Source: Naegleria gruberi (Eukaryota). From it: 64,000 nucleotides of DNA. Within the stretch, counting starts at the first letter, position 1. Each line of letters starts with the position of its first letter. Below the pieces are notes generated by a model. The model was not told where the DNA came from, ran no database searches, and was given only the letters and a program-made list of their open reading frames with translations. Location: NCBI GenBank assembly GCA_000004985.1, contig GG738856.1, one strand, 5' to 3'. Both the position numbers and the translations under genes were made by a program. Positions 11,901 through 20,585 of the stretch are shown here, piece after piece.

Positions 11901-13862
11901 TCAGGTTGTGTTACCATTCTAATAGTTTGTATGGGTATTATTTTGATTCTCATTGAGTATAAACTAAATTCAGATAGAGCTTCACTTTCAATGAATAATC
12001 TCAGTATAATTAATAGTGTATTATATAGAGTTTCAAGTGTTAATTTCAGAGTTAATGAAATGATTCAAAGATCAAAATATAGTCAATTGACTACTTTTAA
12101 TCAATTGAGAGATTCAAGTGTAACGGATATTCAAGCTATTCAAAAATATTGGTATTCCATAATTTTGGGAAATGATAAATCTGGTTATCAATCAGCAGTG
12201 GTTGGAAAATATTCAGATATTGATGCTCAATTGAGTAATACATGTAATGATACTATTGAAATGAATTTTGCAAACACTACTAATGATAACTTATGTTTTG
12301 GATTGAATGATTTCATTACTGAATTCATTTCTAGAGCTACTGAATTGAATGAAGAAGCTTTTAAACTATCTGATTCGACAAGTGACTTGACAAGAAGATA
12401 TATTGATAGACTTTTCTATCTTTCTCAAGTATTGACTCAACAATTATTAGGATTTGTATCTAAATTTGTTGCTCATGAAAAAACTGCTCAAACTTACATT
12501 ACAGCAACTTCAATTTCTGTTACAATTATTGTAATCATTGTAATGGGAGTATTGTGTTTCAATTCTTTACTTAGTTTTTGGAAGGAACGATTCTGCTTGA
12601 GAATGCTATTGAATTATCTTAATATGGAAGTGATTGAAAACACTTTCCTATTGAAGGAATATGTCATGTCCAATTCTGTTTCATTTTCAAATACTACAAC
12701 AAAAATTATGGGAAAGCTCAATAAGATTCATTCAGAGGATAGCTCAACATGTGGTGATGAATCCATTCTAATGGTCAAAACAGTACTCAATGGAGGTGTC
12801 GATGCAAGTATTCTTTGTAATAGAGAAGGAAGTATTACAATATTTAATAATGCCGCTGAGGAAATGTTTGGTTATGCAAGAGCTGATGTTTTAGGTGATG
12901 CAATTCAAACTCTATTCACAGAAGAATATTCATCTCGATTGACCAAATTAATGAGTTCAGAATCAACATGTAAAGGTGATACCTTCGAAGCTATTGGATT
13001 ACGCAAGAACAAGTCAACCTTCAACTCAAAAGTCAGTGTTTCAGTCACAACCTACGATAAGAAACCCATGTTAATTGCCTTTATTAGAGATGTAACTCCT
13101 GAAAAGAAACTAAATTTGTTAATTTGTGAAGAAAAAAAGAAGAGTGAAGATTTATTATTGAACATTCTGCCACAAGCAATGGCTTCACGATTGAAGAATG
13201 GTGAGACGAATCTGTACGAAAAATTCAATGATATTAGTGTATTTTTTAGTGATATGGTTGGTTTTACATCGATGAGTTCTGGAATGCAACCAAGTGAGCT
13301 AGTTCAAATGCTCAACTCAATTGTGCAGGGTTATGACAAGTTGACAGAAGTTCATGGAATTGACAAGATTAAAACCATTGGTGATGCTTATTTTTGTGTT
13401 GGTGGACTTCAGGCAAGCAAAACTTCTGATCATCCAGAAAAGATGTTGGCATTTTCAATTGACATTATGTCATTTTTAAGAAGAACTAATGCTTCCACTA
13501 ACAAACCAGTTAATATTAGAGCAGGAATTCACACAGGTGAAGCAGTAGCTGGCGTAATTGGATTTAAAAAGTTTGCCTATGATTTGTGGGGAGATACTAT
13601 TAACACAGCTTCAAGAATGGAGTCAACCGGAGTTCCAGGAAGAATTCAAATTTCCAGAACAACCTATGAAAGAGTTTACGATTTGGGTTTTGAATTTGAA
13701 GAGAGAGAACAGGAAGTGAAAGGAAAAGGAAAAATGAAATGTTACTTGTTATCGAGTAAACATCATGAAAATCCAATGAATTTTCAAGATGATGATGTGA
13801 ATATTAGAACATTTCAGAGTACAGAGTTTTTGAGTTTGAAAGAACATCACGATTGTAAATAA
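8916..13862 (+). CDS. Polytopic membrane adenylate cyclase with a PAS domain and a catalytically complete class III cyclase domain; two exons
   Basis: ORFs 8916..9473 and 9606..13862 share a frame and are joined by a 72-nt (or 54-nt) intron. Many hydrophobic helices. PAS-like NREGSITIFNNAAEEMFGYARADVLG. CHD motifs FFSDMVGFT, KIKTIGDAYF, AYDLWGDTINTASRMES. The K and D specificity residues are of adenylate type. Confidence 0.85.
9436..9507 (+). other. Intron (72 nt; alternative donor at 9454 gives 54 nt)
   Basis: GTAAAT (or GTTTGT) ...TTTTTCAATAG. Both donors are phase 1 and give G|TT. The sequence downstream of 9508 is open in frame to 9606. Confidence 0.65.
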
Positions 13863-13893
13863 ACAAGTATCTTGTTGGTATTCGAAAGTTTTA

Positions 13894-14286
13894 TTAGAAA
13901 CATTCAAAATTTAAAGAATACAAATTCCAAGCAGATCTAGCACCATTGACAATAACATAAATTTGATCTTTCATTTGGTCTAATCCATTGTAAACATAAG
14001 TAATTCCATTTTCAACACTTGTAGCTCTGTAATCAAATTCGGAAAAACTTGGAATTGAATTCTTTTTCACAGCGACATTGACAGCACTTCCAGAACTAAC
14101 ATTCAAAATGAATTTAACTTGAGAACATTTCAAATCAGAGATGGAAGCTTGATAATATTTTGGATTATTTTGAACATAATCTGAAATCCAATTTCCTTTC
14201 CAGTGGTTGACTTGTTGAGAGTTGACCATGAGAGTAAAGCTCATTAGAATAAAAAGGAGCAATAATACGAAACTGAATCTTGACAT
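13894..14286 (-). CDS. Small secreted protein; possible PPC-like beta-sandwich
   Basis: 130 aa. N-terminal signal-like MSRFSFVLLLLFILMSFTLMVNS. A-run before the ATG. Confidence 0.55.
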   Translation of the reverse strand: MSRFSFVLLLLFILMSFTLMVNSQQVNHWKGNWISDYVQNNPKYYQASISDLKCSQVKFILNVSSGSAVNVAVKKNSIPSFSEFDYRATSVENGITYVYNGLDQMKDQIYVIVNGARSAWNLYSLNFECF

Positions 14287-14512
14287 TTTTTAATACGAAC
14301 AATTATTGTGAGGGCTTGAAATCTGTTCATTTTTAATACTGTTAAACTCCTATAGTTCCATGAATTGTTTCCAGTTTCAATTTATTTTATCTAAATACGA
14401 TTTCCAAGTAGATTTTTAAAAGGAATTTACACATCTCTATTAGAAACTTATTCCATTTCACAAAATTGTAATTCGAACTTGTGGAAAGCTCATTTTACTA
14501 CAGTTTTACAAT

Positions 14513-15445
14513 TTAATAATAGTAATCATCATCAGAACCATAATAAGGTGATTCAATCCTATCATGAGCAAATGTAGTCATGTAATAGAATTCATCACTG
14601 TCATAATAAGTGTTCATTGATGGTTTCCTAATGAGATAAGAACACACCAAACGGAAAGCATCATCACAAATATTAGAAAGTGGATGATCTTTAAGAATAG
14701 CATTGGAGCATTCTGATTTTCTACCATTTACTCGAATCAAGTAAGCAGGTTTGACGCACTCCCATGCCAATTTTTCTCTTCTCATTCTTGAATATTTCAA
14801 TAATTCATCTTTAACTTTCTCATTATCTTTCACTCTATTTGAAAGTCGAATATAATCAGCTGCGCTTAAACAAGTACACTTGCTGTGAAGTGCTTTGATT
14901 ATTTCAAGATTTGGATTTGTAGTGCATTGATTGAATAGATCATTGTAATCTATATCCTGAAATTTGATAGTTATCAAAATATTGAAAGCTTGAACATTGC
15001 CATAAATAACAGAATAGTAAAGTGCTCTTTTCCTATCATCTTCTCTCTCCACCCGTTCAAGTAACCATTGCATGATCTCACAATTTCCACTCTTTACAGA
15101 TTTTGTGAGCGGATCTTCCTTGCCACTATCAACAATGAACAATAAATCCTTATTCTTACACTTGCTGTAGAGAAACTTGACAGCATCAAAGTTTCCACTC
15201 TCACATGCAGCAAGGAATGGTGAAGTATTTCTATTATCTTTGGTTAATAATTGTGAACCTGCTGAGAATAAGCATTGAATAATGTAAAGACTCGTGTTTT
15301 TGAAACGACATGCATGAATGAGAGGTGTTGCTCCATTTGAAGTTTTCATACTCATTAACTTTCTATTGGTTGATAGAGAAAGCACTTCAGAATACTGATT
15401 CTTTTCAATACTATTAATTAAACTAGTGAATTGATCTGCTGACAT
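14513..15445 (-). CDS. Ankyrin-repeat protein
   Basis: Repeats such as NGATPLIHACRFKNTSLYIIQCLFSAGSQL, NTSPFLAACESGNFDAVKFLY and DPLTKSVKSGNCEIMQWLL. Confidence 0.75.
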   Translation of the reverse strand: MSADQFTSLINSIEKNQYSEVLSLSTNRKLMSMKTSNGATPLIHACRFKNTSLYIIQCLFSAGSQLLTKDNRNTSPFLAACESGNFDAVKFLYSKCKNKDLLFIVDSGKEDPLTKSVKSGNCEIMQWLLERVEREDDRKRALYYSVIYGNVQAFNILITIKFQDIDYNDLFNQCTTNPNLEIIKALHSKCTCLSAADYIRLSNRVKDNEKVKDELLKYSRMRREKLAWECVKPAYLIRVNGRKSECSNAILKDHPLSNICDDAFRLVCSYLIRKPSMNTYYDSDEFYYMTTFAHDRIESPYYGSDDDYYY

Positions 15446-15586
15446 TTTTTACAGTTCAATTTGTGAAAACTTTTCAGACTTCCTTTTTCCTTATTTATTC
15501 AATTTTGAGACTTCCCATCTCTACAAAAAAGAAACTTGCTAAATATACGGGTGATGAGTGTTTACGGTCAGCAAATACAGCTGATA

Positions 15587-18001
15587 TTATTGTAAATCCT
15601 TCTCTTGTTCAGAGTGGAGGGCACGAATGAAATCTTCTTTCAATATTTGTGAAACATCACTAATTAGAAAATTTTCTTTCGTCCTTAGTGATACTCGTGG
15701 AGCAATTATTGAGACTCGAGTGAGAAGAAATAAATTCAAACGTTCAATAACTTGCTCGACAGTGTCATTCTGTGATATGTCAATTAAAACAGAAACACGA
15801 GAACCTTCCAATTTGATTTTGATTGTATGAATTTGAATTTTCTCTGTGGAAACCTTGACTGGTGTTTGATGCTGCATAGGTGGTGAATCGTTATAATATA
15901 TCAAAGTCATCTCTAGAGGAGAAAAGTTGTCAGGATAGAGAGGTCTTAACTCAATAGGAAATTCAGGAGTTTTCATTTGGTTATTAAAAACTTGTCTAAT
16001 TCTGAAATATTCTTCATTGGCTTCACTTGCATATTTGTTCTGATTACATTTTAGAAAGTAAGAAATTCGCAGTTCGTGCGCAGGTTCAAAATTTGGTTCA
16101 CTTTGCAATACTCTATCAATGTAACCAAGTACCTTTTCAGTGTGTTTCAACTTTGCATGAATGGAAGCTATGAATATTAAAATTGTAGAATTATTGGAAT
16201 AGTTTTTCAATAATTGCTCAGCATACGAAAGACCATTCTCATATTCATTGAAAATAACTGATAATTGAGAGGCAATCATACTCAAAACATCTGATTCCTC
16301 AAAATGGTCCAGCATTTGCTTGAAAATTTTCTTGGCTTTTTCAATCTCTCCAATTTCAGCATAGTACTGAACTAAATAAACATAGATTACCAAGCAATTG
16401 GGTTCCAATTCTCTTGCTTTTAGAAAATCTGGGAATGCTTTAAGCTTTTCTTCTTTTGTTTTACCAACTTGATAAATAATTATTCCTCTTTTCAAGTAAT
16501 AATGAGCTAAATCATCTAAACTGTTCCCATATTTTTCCAATATTTTAGTGTATTCAGCAATAAGGATGAATGTTGAGCCCATTTGCTCCAAAATACCCAA
16601 TTTGGCATTAATGACAGGAATGGAGAAATGTGATTTCAAGGAATTATCCAAACATTGTAGAGCTTGCTTAGTGTTACCCTTGTAGAGATGTAAGAATCCC
16701 TTCAATTGCTCCAACACATGACCACTGTTCGGATCTTGGTGTGTATTGAATTTTCTTGAGAGAAATTCCAAAGACTCAAGCAGTGTTAATGCCTTGGAGA
16801 TGTTTGGTAACTTTCCTCCATAAACTCTCTCCCAAACATGTATATCATCTCTTGATAAAAACATGGCCAAAAGCAAGCCAACACAGTATTTGATTCTAAT
16901 TTCAACAGCATCATCAATAGATAATTTCATATAATATTTGTCAAGTATTTCTATTGAATCTTCAATACTATTGGCATTCAAATGAGAAAGTATTCTATTC
17001 ATTTCTAAAACTCCTGTAAATTCTCTATCACCTATTATTTGGAGATTGTTGCATATGATTAATCTAAGATTATTAATGGTTAATATTTCCATTGCATTCA
17101 ACGATGATAATCTCTCCTTCTTATCATATGTTAGAAAGGATAATAATAGTAGCTCAAAGAATTGGTCAACCTCCCTCGTAGAGATTTCATTGATGAATTT
17201 TGCTTGAAACACTTCACTCCATGTATTCTCAATGGTTGCTTGTGTATTTTCGAGTTTTAAATTTAGAAATCGAAAATCACATTCATCTACAATATCCTTA
17301 AAACTAATTGTTGACTCGGGGAAGAGTATTTTGAAAAGTACAACACCCATACTCCAGCAATCGACTTTGTAATCATAGAGTCTATGTTTAATTGATTCAG
17401 GTGGTAAATATTCAAATGTTCCCCTATGTGTTTTCTTGGTGTTTTCAGTTTGTAAGGTTTCTCCAAAATCAGCCAATGCAATCTCAATAAATGTTTCATT
17501 TTCTTCATCAAATGATTTGACAAGAATGTTTGAAAGTTTGATATCACAATGAACAAGATTATGTTTGTGTGAAATATTGACAGCAATACATAATTGTGTC
17601 ATGATTTGACCAATTAGAAAATCAGTCAATCTCTTTCCTCTTGATGTGAAATATCTTTCAATAAATGTTTCCAAATCTCCATACTTGTAAAATGGCATTA
17701 CAATCCCAATATTGGAATGATGATTAATGTATTCCAAACTCTCTACCAAATATTCACATACAATACTCTTTCTCAAATTAAATATCTTCAATTCCTTTTC
17801 AATAATGAATTCTCTTTCCTCTTCTTCTAATAAATTAATAATTTTCAATGCAATTTCATGGTTTGAACAACGATCAAAGCATCGATATACAACTCCGTAA
17901 CCTCCTTCTCCAATAAACAGCGGATTCAAAAACCTGTCACAAAAAGAAGAAGGGAATGCATAAGGTTGACGTGACATTTTTTTGTAATGTGACACTGTCA
18001 T
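15587..18001 (-). CDS. Ser/Thr protein kinase with C-terminal TPR-like repeats (paralog A)
   Basis: GEGGYGVVY, IALKII, HCDIKLSNILV, ADFGE, YLPPES. TPR-like helical repeats in the C-terminal half. The likely true start is the second ATG at 17977, which has an A-run context and aligns with paralog B. Confidence 0.85.
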   Translation of the reverse strand: MTVSHYKKMSRQPYAFPSSFCDRFLNPLFIGEGGYGVVYRCFDRCSNHEIALKIINLLEEEEREFIIEKELKIFNLRKSIVCEYLVESLEYINHHSNIGIVMPFYKYGDLETFIERYFTSRGKRLTDFLIGQIMTQLCIAVNISHKHNLVHCDIKLSNILVKSFDEENETFIEIALADFGETLQTENTKKTHRGTFEYLPPESIKHRLYDYKVDCWSMGVVLFKILFPESTISFKDIVDECDFRFLNLKLENTQATIENTWSEVFQAKFINEISTREVDQFFELLLLSFLTYDKKERLSSLNAMEILTINNLRLIICNNLQIIGDREFTGVLEMNRILSHLNANSIEDSIEILDKYYMKLSIDDAVEIRIKYCVGLLLAMFLSRDDIHVWERVYGGKLPNISKALTLLESLEFLSRKFNTHQDPNSGHVLEQLKGFLHLYKGNTKQALQCLDNSLKSHFSIPVINAKLGILEQMGSTFILIAEYTKILEKYGNSLDDLAHYYLKRGIIIYQVGKTKEEKLKAFPDFLKARELEPNCLVIYVYLVQYYAEIGEIEKAKKIFKQMLDHFEESDVLSMIASQLSVIFNEYENGLSYAEQLLKNYSNNSTILIFIASIHAKLKHTEKVLGYIDRVLQSEPNFEPAHELRISYFLKCNQNKYASEANEEYFRIRQVFNNQMKTPEFPIELRPLYPDNFSPLEMTLIYYNDSPPMQHQTPVKVSTEKIQIHTIKIKLEGSRVSVLIDISQNDTVEQVIERLNLFLLTRVSIIAPRVSLRTKENFLISDVSQILKEDFIRALHSEQEKDLQ
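17456..17710 (-). repeat. Left arm of a 255-bp inverted near-identical tract (kinase core)
   Basis: The reverse complement matches 18321..18575 with about 5 mismatches by hand alignment. Confidence 0.85.
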
Positions 18002-18032
18002 TCTGAAAAAGAATCCAAAAAAATCTGGTCAA
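17978..18032. promoter_or_regulatory. Very short bidirectional promoter region between the head-to-head kinase paralogs
   Basis: Only 31-55 bp separate the two start codons. A-rich: aaaaagaatccaaaaaaatctgg. Confidence 0.4.
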
Positions 18033-20519
18033 ATGATCAGTCAAACTCAACTTCCCTCATGTTTTGGCAGTCGTTTTTCCAATCCTACACCAGTTGGAAA
18101 AGGAGCATATGGCACCACCTACTCATGTATTGATACACAAAATGATGATCAACAAATAATTGCTTTAAAAGTGATGCAACCAAGTGAAGGGACTGGTGAT
18201 ATTGCACTTGTAGAGAGAGAAGAAGAAATTTTCACAGCCATGAAGAATGTTCAGTGTGAATATATTGCCAAGAGTATGGAATTTCTAAATTATTTCGAAA
18301 GTGATGGTAGTGGTGGTTACATTGGAATTGTAATGCCATTTTACAAGTTTGGAGATTTGGAAACATTTATTGAAAGATATTTCACATCAAGAGGAAAGAG
18401 ATTGACTGATTTTCTAATTGGTCAAATCATGACACAATTATGTATTGCTGTCAATTTATCACACAAACATAATCTTGTTCATTGTGATATCAAACTTTCA
18501 AACATTCTTGTCAAATCATTTGATGAAGAAAATGAAACATTTATTGAGATTGCATTGGCTGACTTTGGAGAAACCTTTCGAACTGATCACACAACCAATA
18601 CAGATAAAAAGGGAACAGATGACTACTTACCACCAGAGGCCTTTGATGGCAAGTACGGATTCAAGATTGATTGCTGTAGTATGGGTGTTGTCCTTTTCAA
18701 ATTGCTTTGTCCACCAACTGATGTATCTATTAGAAACTATTTGGGAGAATGTCAAACTAAATACAAACACAAACAGCGTAACATTTTCTTTAGCCATTAT
18801 TGGTCAAAGAAGTTGGCGAAATACATGTCTGGTATTGAATATCTCAAAGATCAACCATTACTACTTTCAATGGTGAATGGATTTCTAACTTACGACAAGG
18901 AAAGTAGACTCACCATATTGAATGCTCTCGATCTATGTTGCATGATTATTATGATGCACATACATGGACAGAATAATAGTGTAAACTTAGACAATTTGGA
19001 GAATCCTTCACCTGTTTTGATACTATATGATCAATTATCATTGATTTCAGATTTCAATAATGGTTCAATGGAATTGTTATCCAAATATTACAATGAAACG
19101 AAGCAAGGAAATAGTTTAGGTATTGCATACATGGTAGGATTAATCTTTTGTAGCAGTCTATTGAAAAGAGATTTCAGAATTTGGGAATTTCAATTTAATT
19201 TACAAACACCCATTACCGATACAGCAACATTGGACAAAATGATACAAGATCTTGATCAACTATCACTGAAAATTAAGACCAATGAGCCATACTTGGGCTT
19301 TATATTTGAACAATTACATGCCATTTCACTAATGAACAAGAAAATGCCTGAAAAATCTTTACAAAGATTGGAAAACTCTACAAATTCATTCTTCACATTG
19401 GCATGCCAAAAAAAAAAGTTACTACTTGTAGAATTATTGAATGGAATGACTTATTCGTTGGTAGATGAATATTCCAAGCTAATCAAACTTTATGGTGACA
19501 AGAGTATGCTCTCTGGATACTTTTATTACAAAAGGGGTGTAATGTTATTCACCCTTTCTAATGATCATCAAAATGGTATAGCTGACTTGATACATGCAAG
19601 GAATTTATCACCAAATAGTTTGGGATTATATGCAATTATGGTAAACTGCTTTTTAACTATTGGCAGTATTGAAAATGCAAAACAAGTGTTTGAGCAAATG
19701 TTGTTATTGTCTGAGCACTTTGAGATTAATAGGTTAAACTTTATTGCAATGTTTTTATCCAATTGTTTAGGTTATTTGGATAAAGCATTGGAATATGGTG
19801 AAAAACTTACTAGTCAAGAACTGTATAGCAAGGACCCTGTATTACTTCTCTTTTTATCCAGAATCTGTAGTAATAGAGGCGATAGCTCAATGGAATTGGG
19901 TTATATAGAAACGGCATTGGATATAGATCCACATTGTTATCAAGCTCACCAAATGAAAATCCTATTTTATAGAGCAGCTTTGGATTTCACAGCAGAAAAA
20001 GAAGCTTTGCTCAAGTATACAGCTCTGAAAAGGCAAAACCTTTTGCATACCTCTGAATTTCCCATTGAACTTTTACCACTATTACCAGATGGCTCACCTC
20101 TTCCAATATTATTACTAAATGAACCTGAAAAGGATGTTACAAGAATTAAGGAAATTACTTTTAAGGAAGCTGAGAAGACTGTTCAACAATTTGAAACCAT
20201 TCAACCATCACTAATGCAAGAACCTACCACAAATGATTCAATTCTTTCACCAGAAATCATCATGCAAATCAAAGTGAAATTCAAAGGGAAAAACAATGCT
20301 GTTTTCATTGATATTTTGAAAACAGATACAGACATTCGTCAAGTATTAGATCGCTTGAATAAGATTGGAAACGAAAAGAGTACAGCATATGTTAATAGAG
20401 TGGCATTTTCAATAGTGAAAGACGATGATTGTATTTTAATTACATCAATTCATCAATTATCTAAATATGATGAAGTAGTGGCTCTCACAAGTGATGAAGA
20501 AAAAGAGTTTTGGGCGTAA
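18033..20519 (+). CDS. Ser/Thr protein kinase with C-terminal TPR-like repeats (paralog B)
   Basis: GKGAYGTTY, IALKVM, HCDIKLSNILV, ADFGE, YLPPEA. Same architecture as paralog A. Confidence 0.85.
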   Translation: MISQTQLPSCFGSRFSNPTPVGKGAYGTTYSCIDTQNDDQQIIALKVMQPSEGTGDIALVEREEEIFTAMKNVQCEYIAKSMEFLNYFESDGSGGYIGIVMPFYKFGDLETFIERYFTSRGKRLTDFLIGQIMTQLCIAVNLSHKHNLVHCDIKLSNILVKSFDEENETFIEIALADFGETFRTDHTTNTDKKGTDDYLPPEAFDGKYGFKIDCCSMGVVLFKLLCPPTDVSIRNYLGECQTKYKHKQRNIFFSHYWSKKLAKYMSGIEYLKDQPLLLSMVNGFLTYDKESRLTILNALDLCCMIIMMHIHGQNNSVNLDNLENPSPVLILYDQLSLISDFNNGSMELLSKYYNETKQGNSLGIAYMVGLIFCSSLLKRDFRIWEFQFNLQTPITDTATLDKMIQDLDQLSLKIKTNEPYLGFIFEQLHAISLMNKKMPEKSLQRLENSTNSFFTLACQKKKLLLVELLNGMTYSLVDEYSKLIKLYGDKSMLSGYFYYKRGVMLFTLSNDHQNGIADLIHARNLSPNSLGLYAIMVNCFLTIGSIENAKQVFEQMLLLSEHFEINRLNFIAMFLSNCLGYLDKALEYGEKLTSQELYSKDPVLLLFLSRICSNRGDSSMELGYIETALDIDPHCYQAHQMKILFYRAALDFTAEKEALLKYTALKRQNLLHTSEFPIELLPLLPDGSPLPILLLNEPEKDVTRIKEITFKEAEKTVQQFETIQPSLMQEPTTNDSILSPEIIMQIKVKFKGKNNAVFIDILKTDTDIRQVLDRLNKIGNEKSTAYVNRVAFSIVKDDDCILITSIHQLSKYDEVVALTSDEEKEFWA
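18321..18575 (+). repeat. Right arm of the 255-bp inverted near-identical tract
   Basis: Encodes IGIVMPFYKFGDLETFIERYFTSRGKRLTDFLIGQIMTQLCIAVNLSHKHNLVHCDIKLSNILVKSFDEENETFIEIALADFGET. Confidence 0.85.
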
Positions 20520-20585
20520 AGTTCTAGAAATGTTGGCAAATCTGAATTGTTGTTGTTCAGGAATTTTATTAATAAAGGGATATAA

